A DNA stretch of 64,000 nt from a virus. Location: the IMG/VR virus record IMGVR_UViG_3300048606_000054; one strand, 5' to 3'. Of this stretch, positions 57,196 through 64,000 are shown piece by piece. Every line of letters begins with the position of its first letter. Position 1 is the first letter of the stretch. Below the pieces are notes generated by a model, which was not told the origin of the DNA, did no database searches, and saw only the letters and a program-made list of their open reading frames with translations. Made by a program: the position numbers and the translations under genes.

Positions 57196-57860
57196 TTCAC
57201 AGCCTCCTTATTAAATTCTGTTTCAAATTTCATGTTGGGATTATTGTCAATAGACATCTTCAGGGGACGATCAGCTAAGGCTCTCATTTGTGAGATCGTT
57301 GTCATAATAACCATATTCACCATCCCATCTGGCAATTCATCCTCCCCGCTTCCTATTGTTATTGAAGGAACATATAAAACTCTTACCTCTTGTACATTAG
57401 CCGCACCTTTGGTAAATACTTTTACCCGGTTCCTGTCAATTCTGAAAAACAACCTGTTGGTATACGGCTGAAGTTTATACTGCCAAGTTTCATTAACGTT
57501 TGATCGCTCCAGTTCTTCTCCGCTTTTAATATCAAATACATTGGAAACCCCGGAAGATTGTTTATCAAAGGGTAAGGACATTACTGGCTTTTCTAAATCG
57601 CCTATCCATTCAATTCCTTCTTTTTTTAACTTAATTATTTGTTCGCTTAAAACAGATGGATCAAATCCTACCACCTCATCTTTCCTTTCTTGTCTTAATT
57701 CATCATACATGACCTTCCATTGGCTCCTATAAAAATCCGCCGCTACATCACCACATCTTATCAGGAAATCATCCAAATTAAAAAAAGATGTCCCATCTTG
57801 GTACTGCTGATAGTAGGAATCTTGCGCTTGGGTTGCTATGTACTTCATTTTTTGTCCCAT
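57192..57860 (-). CDS. Tail ring/adaptor protein
   Basis: 222 aa; FFRIDRNRVKVF...VRVLYVP...DELPDGMVNMVI ring-family pattern. Confidence 0.55.
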   Translation of the reverse strand: MGQKMKYIATQAQDSYYQQYQDGTSFFNLDDFLIRCGDVAADFYRSQWKVMYDELRQERKDEVVGFDPSVLSEQIIKLKKEGIEWIGDLEKPVMSLPFDKQSSGVSNVFDIKSGEELERSNVNETWQYKLQPYTNRLFFRIDRNRVKVFTKGAANVQEVRVLYVPSITIGSGEDELPDGMVNMVIMTTISQMRALADRPLKMSIDNNPNMKFETEFNKEAVK

Positions 57861-57863
57861 AGC

Positions 57864-58043
57864 TTACATATATCGATATTGAGGTGAATAGTGCTTCTTG
57901 CGAATTGGTGTTACAGATTGGCCATTCTGGAGCCTTAACTGGTTATCCAGACTTTGTGAAACTGCCTTGTTTTGATTAATTGAGATAACCTTGGCTGTAC
58001 GAGAACCGCGAGATTTCTTATTTGAACCGCCGCAACATGCCAT
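57864..58043 (-). CDS. 59-aa basic protein with MACCGG N-terminus (not in ORF track)
   Basis: MACCGGSNKKSRGSRTAKVISINQNKAVSQSLDNQLRLQNGQSVTPIRKKHYSPQYRYM. Confidence 0.6.
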   Translation of the reverse strand: MACCGGSNKKSRGSRTAKVISINQNKAVSQSLDNQLRLQNGQSVTPIRKKHYSPQYRYM

Positions 58044-58127
58044 AAAGAGGTTGAATTTTAAGTGGTTATAAGTTCCTTAACCCTCATAAAATTATACTTT
58101 TTGCCTGACTATCAAAAAAATTGTTTA

Positions 58128-58322
58128 TTATCCGGTCTTTTGAGGTATCCGGGCATGTTGTTGGGCCATAAGTAGCTGTTGCTTTACCTCTTTAGAGATT
58201 GAAGAAGAAATAACCTGGGCTTCAGTAGGGGTGGGCGTAATAACTATTTTGGCCGTGGATCGCCTTGACTGAATGGCAGCCATTACTTCAGAAGGTTTTT
58301 GGGTTGTTCCTCCGCAGCACAT
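58128..58322 (-). CDS. 64-aa protein with MCCGG N-terminus
   Basis: MCCGGTTQKPSEVMAAIQSRRS... Confidence 0.55.
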   Translation of the reverse strand: MCCGGTTQKPSEVMAAIQSRRSTAKIVITPTPTEAQVISSSISKEVKQQLLMAQQHARIPQKTG

Positions 58323-58325
58323 AGT

Positions 58326-58613
58326 TTAATCGATTGTAGCTTTTAAAAATTTAACGATAATAGCCGCCAATCCAACACTTGCAATTATAACCACTATCCA
58401 CTCTTTCCAGTTATCTCCATACCATAGCCAATAAAAGATACTGCCATATAATGAATTTCCACAAATAGGACATTCGAAGATGAGCGATTTTAATTTATCA
58501 TTTGGAAGATGTTCGTCAAACCAATCCCCAAGTTTTTCAAAAATCATCCCCTCAAGCATGGATACCCATACCGCAAAGACAACCCAATTTGTTATAAGTA
58601 TTTTTTCAATCAT
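58326..58613 (-). CDS. DUF1360-like membrane protein
   Basis: TM helices around IFECPICGNSLYG. Confidence 0.55.
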   Translation of the reverse strand: MIEKILITNWVVFAVWVSMLEGMIFEKLGDWFDEHLPNDKLKSLIFECPICGNSLYGSIFYWLWYGDNWKEWIVVIIASVGLAAIIVKFLKATID

Positions 58614-58690
58614 GCAAATAGTATTATAGATGCTATCATGATAAGATAAGCTATCATAAGCCAGTAGTATTCCTTAGTTATCTTGAACAT
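58610..58690 (-). CDS. 26-aa single-TM peptide
   Basis: MFKITKEYYWLMIAYLIMIASIILFA; ATGA overlap with next gene; C-terminal part of track ORF 58610..58792. Confidence 0.35.
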   Translation of the reverse strand: MFKITKEYYWLMIAYLIMIASIILFA

Positions 58691-59237
58691 CTCCAAACAG
58701 TTGCTTTCCAATAATATTATTTTCTGCGTGCCTTCTCCTCTGATCACTATAGCCTGGGGCCTGCCTACAAACAAACAAGGGCGAGACAACAATCTTGGCC
58801 CCGCTTACAGCCAATGCGCCATCTATATGCATGGTCTCAGGTAAAGATAAAAAATTTTGGTAAAACGAGGAATTTATGATATAAAGCGTAAGACCCCTGA
58901 AACCAGATACGACAAAGTTTTCATCATGCGACCCACTATAGTAGCTTCCCACGTACAAATCAAAGGACTTGGGCATATTTGATAAAAAGTATTGCCAAGC
59001 GCCAGTTCCGGTGAATTCCAAATCGTCTTCGGCTACACAGCAGTACTCCAGATTGATTCTCTGCGCTTCTCTTACAACTTTTTTATGCGCCTGAGAAATA
59101 GCGGTCTTAGCCACTTTCCCTTCTACGCCATCCCAGAATTGATACGCACATTTTTCATGCGCCATTTGTTTTTTAACCGCTTCTCTGCGATCCTGTCTTT
59201 TTGGAAGAGAAATAATATTAATAATCATTTCTTCCAT
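58674..59237 (-). CDS. GT25-like glycosyltransferase
   Basis: INIISLPKRQDRR...SQAHKKVV...VAEDD...LYII...ID. Confidence 0.75.
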   Translation of the reverse strand: MEEMIINIISLPKRQDRREAVKKQMAHEKCAYQFWDGVEGKVAKTAISQAHKKVVREAQRINLEYCCVAEDDLEFTGTGAWQYFLSNMPKSFDLYVGSYYSGSHDENFVVSGFRGLTLYIINSSFYQNFLSLPETMHIDGALAVSGAKIVVSPLFVCRQAPGYSDQRRRHAENNIIGKQLFGDVQDN

Positions 59238-59446
59238 CCTTTTGGAATTTCAGTTTTTTCTCCGTTCATTGGATTGGCGTAGATTCTAATATCTTCTGAA
59301 TAATAGTGTTTGTACTCTCCGCTAGAATCCAATCTTACTCCAAATACAGTATTTATATCTATCGAATACTCATATAAAAATATTGCCTTGCCTGGGCCAT
59401 GCGGAGTATGCACTGGTAATGGATTTTCAATCTCATGTATTATCAT
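59225..59446 (-). CDS. Conserved small phage protein
   Basis: NPLPVHTPHGPGKAIFLYEYSID...V...SGE pattern. Confidence 0.55.
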   Translation of the reverse strand: MIIHEIENPLPVHTPHGPGKAIFLYEYSIDINTVFGVRLDSSGEYKHYYSEDIRIYANPMNGEKTEIPKGWKK

Positions 59447-60048
59447 ACTTTACCCAGTATTATGTTCTCTGCATTTAAATAGAGAGCCTGAAAGCCAAAT
59501 TTCAATAGTTTTTCTTCAATTTCTTCATGGAATCCATCATGCTCAATGCAAAAGAGGGAAATTCGTTTAAAAACCCAATCCGGTATTAGTCGAAATAAGA
59601 TAATATTTGTTGATTCTGTATCCACAGTGATAAAATCAGCATCTTTGGCGTATTGATCCATAAATTCAATCACGCTCATCTGCGCAACTTTGATCTTTGT
59701 ATATTTTACCCCCGCATCTCCCCATTTTTTCATGTGGCCTTCATCTGATGTGGAAACCGCGTCTCCATCGGATTCATAGAAATCTATTTCGCCACTATTT
59801 TCACCTATAGCTACATTAAGTACAATCATTTCTGGATCACCTTTGTAATTATCTGCTATTGCTTTATAATTCTGAGGAGCCGGTTCTACTAAAACACCTT
59901 TCCATTTTCCAGTCTCATATAAAGCTCTAACGTTTGAAAAACGAAATGTGTCGTAGGCTCCAATATCAAGGAATTTACCTTTTGTAATATTTTTTAAGCT
60001 GTCTAATATCACCGATTGCTCAGCGTTCTGGCTATAATTTTTCGTCAT
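59443..60048 (-). CDS. FkbM-family methyltransferase
   Basis: YSQNAEQ...FLDIGAYD..FSN...GVLVEP...DFITVDTE. Confidence 0.85.
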   Translation of the reverse strand: MTKNYSQNAEQSVILDSLKNITKGKFLDIGAYDTFRFSNVRALYETGKWKGVLVEPAPQNYKAIADNYKGDPEMIVLNVAIGENSGEIDFYESDGDAVSTSDEGHMKKWGDAGVKYTKIKVAQMSVIEFMDQYAKDADFITVDTESTNIILFRLIPDWVFKRISLFCIEHDGFHEEIEEKLLKFGFQALYLNAENIILGKV

Positions 60049-60599
60049 TTCGTTAGTTTATTATAATAGTAAAGAATGTCATTAATATAATATTCTGTTT
60101 TCAATAACCCAGATTCGTGAAGCTGTTTACTCCAGGCATGATCTTCTCCCCATGTTATATCTGGAAACTTAAATTGCTTGGCAATTGAACTTCTTATGAG
60201 ATTTAATGGAGTCGGGTATCTTTCGTATTTTATCTCATTATTTGTCGTTCTCCATTCGTTGTATCTGATAGAATGTTCAAATATTCCATCTACCTTTCCA
60301 TCAACCGAATACACCCCTTTTAAACTTGCGCAATCGCAATCGGCTTCTATTGCCTTCATGAGATGTTCGACATAGGTTATAGAAACCCTGTCATCGGCAT
60401 CAATTTGAGTTAAATGAGTCCCAGAAGCCCTCTCTAATAGACGATTTCTTTTCATTCCCGTAGGATCGGTTTCATGATCGTCTACTAGTAGTTCAATTTG
60501 CCCTGAATATGGAAGCATCTGGGCGTACAGTTCAAACTTTAGCAGGGTGAATAACCTGTCGTGTCTTTTTATTGTTGGTATTAAAATTGATAATTTCAT
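60045..60599 (-). CDS. GT2-family glycosyltransferase
   Basis: MKLSILIPTI...GMKRNRLL..ASG..L.QIDADD...GED. Confidence 0.85.
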   Translation of the reverse strand: MKLSILIPTIKRHDRLFTLLKFELYAQMLPYSGQIELLVDDHETDPTGMKRNRLLERASGTHLTQIDADDRVSITYVEHLMKAIEADCDCASLKGVYSVDGKVDGIFEHSIRYNEWRTTNNEIKYERYPTPLNLIRSSIAKQFKFPDITWGEDHAWSKQLHESGLLKTEYYINDILYYYNKLTK

Positions 60600-60602
60600 G
60601 TT

Positions 60603-61217
60603 TTATATTGTTGCTACTTTTCGGTCATACAAATTATCTTTAATAACTACGAGGCAATCATCATAACGACCTTTAAGATGCCTCCTATCCATTATCTGTA
60701 CAGTTTTAAATGGATCAATATTTTCAAATACCGTTCGATCTTTGTCTATATCCTGAACATCTTCCACAATAAAGATCGAGTTGTCGGCCATATAAGGTTC
60801 CAGTAAATTATATATTTTAAGTTGATGCTCTAGTAGGTGGGAGCTATCTTCAATCACCACGTTAAATTTTATTCCTTTGAAATACTTTTCAATATCTGCT
60901 TCGTTAGTTGCGTCTCCTATACAAATGTTGTACTTATTCTCAGCCATTATTGGTCTTAAATCTGCCAGCCCATCAATAGGAGTAACGCTACAGTCCATCC
61001 CGTACACAGTTCCGTCAAAGTATTCCGTCCACATCCGCAAGCTCTCCCCACTCATTAGCCCGATCTCAAGAATGTTTTGGGCTGTATGGCGATATGGTGC
61101 TAGAATTTCTTCGTATATGTCAATATAGCTATGGACGCTATCGCGATCCGGCCAGTCTCCTTTTTTATACTTTGCGCAAAGTTGTTTTAGTGTCATGCTT
61201 TTCTTTTTAATGCCCAA
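60603..61217 (-). CDS. Class I SAM-dependent (sugar O-)methyltransferase
   Basis: HSYIDIYE...ILEIGL.SGESLRMW...YGMD...VIEDSSH...VED. Confidence 0.8.
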   Translation of the reverse strand: MGIKKKSMTLKQLCAKYKKGDWPDRDSVHSYIDIYEEILAPYRHTAQNILEIGLMSGESLRMWTEYFDGTVYGMDCSVTPIDGLADLRPIMAENKYNICIGDATNEADIEKYFKGIKFNVVIEDSSHLLEHQLKIYNLLEPYMADNSIFIVEDVQDIDKDRTVFENIDPFKTVQIMDRRHLKGRYDDCLVVIKDNLYDRKVATI

Positions 61218-61756
61218 TCTCCTCCATTATCATTAAAGATTACCATTTCAAAATTTCGTTCTTGCATAAATTCATTTACAGCCCGGATTACTCCAAATGA
61301 AGGGTTTTCCACATAATCATGTCCCGCAATTACTCCAGACCTTGTTATTTTTGGCAACCAATCAGACAAGTCTCTTTTTAGGTCTTTGTATTTATGTGAG
61401 GCATCATGATAAACGAAGTCAAAAAAACTATTTGGCCATCGTTGAACAACTTGATAGGAATATTTTTGACGCACAGTCACTGTTCCATCTGCTATTTCCT
61501 TTTTAAATCTTTGCAGAACGCTTGCATAATCTGCTTCCGTTGAATAGGCTGTTGTTAATTCCCCCATATCTTCGCCATACTTATCGCAATTTGTTTCGTA
61601 TGGATCAACCAATATTAACCTATTGGGTTGAATAACCCTTAGAATCTCAGCAGAAAAATCTCCCTTATATGCCCCCAACTCCACTCCATCACAAAAGGAG
61701 GGAAGAGTCGCTTTAAGGGCTACCAAAAACTCTTCTCTGGTTTGTACTTTTATCAT
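61193..61756 (-). CDS. Class I SAM-dependent methyltransferase (Methyltransf_24-like)
   Basis: GVELGAYKG.FS...DFVYHDASHKY...GVIAGHDY. Confidence 0.85.
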   Translation of the reverse strand: MIKVQTREEFLVALKATLPSFCDGVELGAYKGDFSAEILRVIQPNRLILVDPYETNCDKYGEDMGELTTAYSTEADYASVLQRFKKEIADGTVTVRQKYSYQVVQRWPNSFFDFVYHDASHKYKDLKRDLSDWLPKITRSGVIAGHDYVENPSFGVIRAVNEFMQERNFEMVIFNDNGGDWALKRKA

Positions 61757-62178
61757 GCTGCGTGTTGGCTGAATTTTCTAACCCATTTTCCGGTATCCCA
61801 ATGATTCGCCTTGCAGTATTTATACACTTCAACAAGGCTCATTTTTTTAATTGAGCTATATGTAGGCTGATTTAAAACATGATCTATAGGAGCATGATCC
61901 CCATACATAAAATGACTTTCAAAACACAATTTCCCTCCATGCAAAACCGCCCTCGTTAACTGACCGCTATATGGGCCATAATCATACATAATTATATCGC
62001 CTTCTTTTATTTCTGTCCCATCTGGTAAAATGCCAGTATTCATGTTTTCTATCTCTAATTGTTTCATATTATGTAGTTTATCTGTAAAGCGGATATAACT
62101 TCCCTTCAATTTCTGCAAATTCATTATTGGCGGGGAATCCCAATGTCTCGGGATGTCCAAGAGACACGATACGCCCAT
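61753..62178 (-). CDS. YopX-like protein (true start probably MKQLEIEN)
   Basis: LPDGTEIKEGDIIMY. Confidence 0.5.
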   Translation of the reverse strand: MGVSCLLDIPRHWDSPPIMNLQKLKGSYIRFTDKLHNMKQLEIENMNTGILPDGTEIKEGDIIMYDYGPYSGQLTRAVLHGGKLCFESHFMYGDHAPIDHVLNQPTYSSIKKMSLVEVYKYCKANHWDTGKWVRKFSQHAA

Positions 62179-62959
62179 TACTTAACCAACTCGCTACGGC
62201 TCCTGTACTTGAACGGTTCTTAATATAATGAGCGCATTTCGAAAATAACCAAACCATAAGAGCCGGTTGCATTCCTCTTTCAAATCCTGATATTGGACTG
62301 AATCTTTCTGGATTGTGCGGATGACCCAATGGGGATGAATAAAATTCTTCAATCTTAAAAACATTTGGATATTTAGCAAACAATGGGTCAAGAATAGACT
62401 CTTCCTCACTTGTTGCCATGATTCTCATATTGGGATTCTCTTTGAGAATATCATCAATAAATGGGAAATAAGTTCCTATTGAAAGCCTGGGCCTGCCATC
62501 TGTAACATTATCGGTTCCGCGCCAAGTCAGGCCAATCGTATTCGAGAAGTCAATTCCGTATTTGTCAACTATTGCTTGCCCTCTTTGATTAACGGTATCA
62601 TTGAAGTGAAGATGTTTTTTGTAGTAGTCTTTAATTACAGAGAGAGGTTGCGCCATAAACCCAACTGGAGATGGGTCTTTCCATTGCTCCCACATTTGTA
62701 CTTCGCATTCGCTTCGAGGTGGTGGGTTTTGAACTTTTGGTTGTTTAAGGAACCAGTTATACATATTTGGCTCTTCTTTGAATTTTTCTTTATCAATTAA
62801 ATCTCTCAAACATCTTCCTGGTTGAAAATTATCTGGCCAGTTGATATAGGCATCATTTCCTATTTGTTCAGCACTCCACATTTGCCAAAATGCACAGTAG
62901 ATGAAAGTCGTCCATGTAGCTCCGATGTCGCTCTTCTCTATGTAAATTACTTTACTCAT
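62078..62959 (-). CDS. GT-B fucosyltransferase-like protein (NodZ/O-FucT-like)
   Basis: IGLTWRGTD...IMATSEE...LFSKCAHYI...SSTG matches G.H.RxxD / FxATD / LS.C..I.SN motifs. Confidence 0.65.
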   Translation of the reverse strand: MSKVIYIEKSDIGATWTTFIYCAFWQMWSAEQIGNDAYINWPDNFQPGRCLRDLIDKEKFKEEPNMYNWFLKQPKVQNPPPRSECEVQMWEQWKDPSPVGFMAQPLSVIKDYYKKHLHFNDTVNQRGQAIVDKYGIDFSNTIGLTWRGTDNVTDGRPRLSIGTYFPFIDDILKENPNMRIMATSEEESILDPLFAKYPNVFKIEEFYSSPLGHPHNPERFSPISGFERGMQPALMVWLFSKCAHYIKNRSSTGAVASWLSNGRIVSLGHPETLGFPANNEFAEIEGKLYPLYR

Positions 62960-63570
62960 GCAGTCTTTTTATATCTATTATAGATTTCGTTAAAACTTCT
63001 ACCATTTTTTAATTTTTTTCGTAAAGAAGAAGCATCGACATTTAATTCAACTGCCCAGTCTTTTAAAATCATCTCTTGTCCGTTATGTTTTATCCAAACA
63101 TTGGATGTTAGATTCCTGTTTTGCTGTTCTATAGTAGCCCACCTGCAATTTGATAGTTCATAATTTCCTTTTTTATTTGGGAATCTATCTAAACTTAGTT
63201 CAGGGCTTGGCCTATACCCCATATCTTCTAAAAAAAATTCAAACTTTCGCCATCTTTCACATACGCATACGCCAGCCCCTCCGTAAATAGGATATTTTTT
63301 ATTGTTTGGGTTGGTACACCTTTGGATCATCGCTGCCCAAATGTTATATTCGGGAGTCCTATAATGCACGCCTTCCTCTATAGCCGCTCTGCCCACGGGA
63401 TGGCAACCACAAGATTTTACTGCTCCGCTTTTCAAGTCACTTGCTCTAACATTTTTGATATTGCCACACTTGCACTTACAATCCAATCGTATGTGTCTAT
63501 TTTTGTTTTCTGTCCTTTTTATAACAGTTAAATAGTTGAAAGTTTTTCCTATAATATTAGCGTCCATCAT
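62956..63570 (-). CDS. HNH-type homing endonuclease
   Basis: CKCKCG...KSCGC...EYNIWAAMIQRC...YGGAGV.VCERW...SLDR...GNYELSNCRWAT. Confidence 0.85.
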   Translation of the reverse strand: MMDANIIGKTFNYLTVIKRTENKNRHIRLDCKCKCGNIKNVRASDLKSGAVKSCGCHPVGRAAIEEGVHYRTPEYNIWAAMIQRCTNPNNKKYPIYGGAGVCVCERWRKFEFFLEDMGYRPSPELSLDRFPNKKGNYELSNCRWATIEQQNRNLTSNVWIKHNGQEMILKDWAVELNVDASSLRKKLKNGRSFNEIYNRYKKTA

Positions 63571-64000
63571 AATTTATCTATTTCATCATCATATCCTGCT
63601 GTTACATCTCTGCTTACGTCAGAGCTATCAACCAAACCTGTTTTGAAATTTATTAATTGCCATGTCCTATGCCAGCCAAACGGCTTTTCCCTAAAGTATT
63701 GTGGATTACGATTACCTGCCTGACTGAAATTTGCAGCCTGTTCAAGAGTAGCGATTTTATAGTTTTTACTAAAATCGGTTAATGAAACCTCCCCATCCTC
63801 GTAAAAATTTAGACCACGTTGTATTACATCGGCTTGCTTCTGTGTGCCATCCCATTTTGGCATTGTTGCAGAAATATCCTGCATTATTTTTTTTGACCGA
63901 AGTGAAAATCCGCCGCTTCCTACTTTATCGTTCTGCATGTACAGTCCTCCGATGAAATCAAGCGATAGCCATTCTGGATCAAATGATCCAGGATTTAATA
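63567..64000 (-). CDS. DUF5672-like glycosyltransferase-associated protein, 5' truncated by window edge
   Basis: Frame stays open to 64000: ...NPGSFDPEWLSLDFIGGLY...VGSGGFSLRSKK...ED...FGWH. Confidence 0.75.
   Translation of the reverse strand, partial: LNPGSFDPEWLSLDFIGGLYMQNDKVGSGGFSLRSKKIMQDISATMPKWDGTQKQADVIQRGLNFYEDGEVSLTDFSKNYKIATLEQAANFSQAGNRNPQYFREKPFGWHRTWQLINFKTGLVDSSDVSRDVTAGYDDEIDKL

Noticed and set aside
1-64000. CRISPR array, tRNA or rRNA genes
   Set aside because: No regularly spaced direct repeats and no T-loop/cloverleaf or rRNA signatures seen by eye; a tRNAscan run would be needed to exclude them formally
1-64000. Stop-codon reassignment as in some crAss-like phages
   Set aside because: Long genes (TerL, portal, 2134 aa) are intact in code 11, and TAG, TGA and TAA all end genes with tight operon packing
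17805-64000. Numerous short plus-strand ORFs antisense to structural genes (e.g. 26069..26371, 31782..32363, 33899..34399, 50014..50505)
   Set aside because: Shadow frames of long minus-strand genes; only 34502..34819 and 37255..38142 occupy real gaps and have promoters and recognisable folds
1-64000. Integrase, att site or host genes indicating a prophage boundary
   Set aside because: None visible in this window; lifestyle cannot be called

Overview
The whole window is part of a tailed dsDNA phage genome, read in standard genetic code 11. The host is most likely Bacteroidota (probably Chitinophagaceae-like), judged from TTTG-N18-20-TAnnTT(T/C)G promoters, Gln-after-signal-peptide proteins and host-type PKD modules. 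There are three blocks. (1) 1-11763, minus strand: DNA-metabolism and regulatory genes (adenine MTase, HD-like protein, PD-(D/E)XK nuclease-FtsK fusion, HerA-like ATPase, LexA DNA-binding-domain-only regulator with a candidate operator, SLOG protein, GIY-YIG endonuclease). (2) A G/T-skewed non-coding switch region at about 11.8-12.4 kb, followed by a plus-strand run of small early-type genes ending in an envelope cassette (secreted protein, lipoprotein, beta-barrel). (3) 17805-64000, mostly minus strand: a glycosyl/methyltransferase cluster, then ring proteins, GNAT, three ejection/cargo proteins, a transglycosylase, TerL, muzzle, portal, MCP, fibres and lysis genes. This is a crAss-like podovirus virion module with no visible virion RNA polymerase. 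The most unusual signals are a tail-fibre-like protein and a PKD-esterase-beta-helix protein that both carry Sec signal peptides yet sit in the virion operon, a glycan-tailoring cluster heading that operon, very Cys-rich structural proteins, and a portal gene bracketed by two opposite-strand genes (tandem GroES, tandem RHH). All family assignments come from motif recognition by eye; no searches were run and all counts are hand counts.
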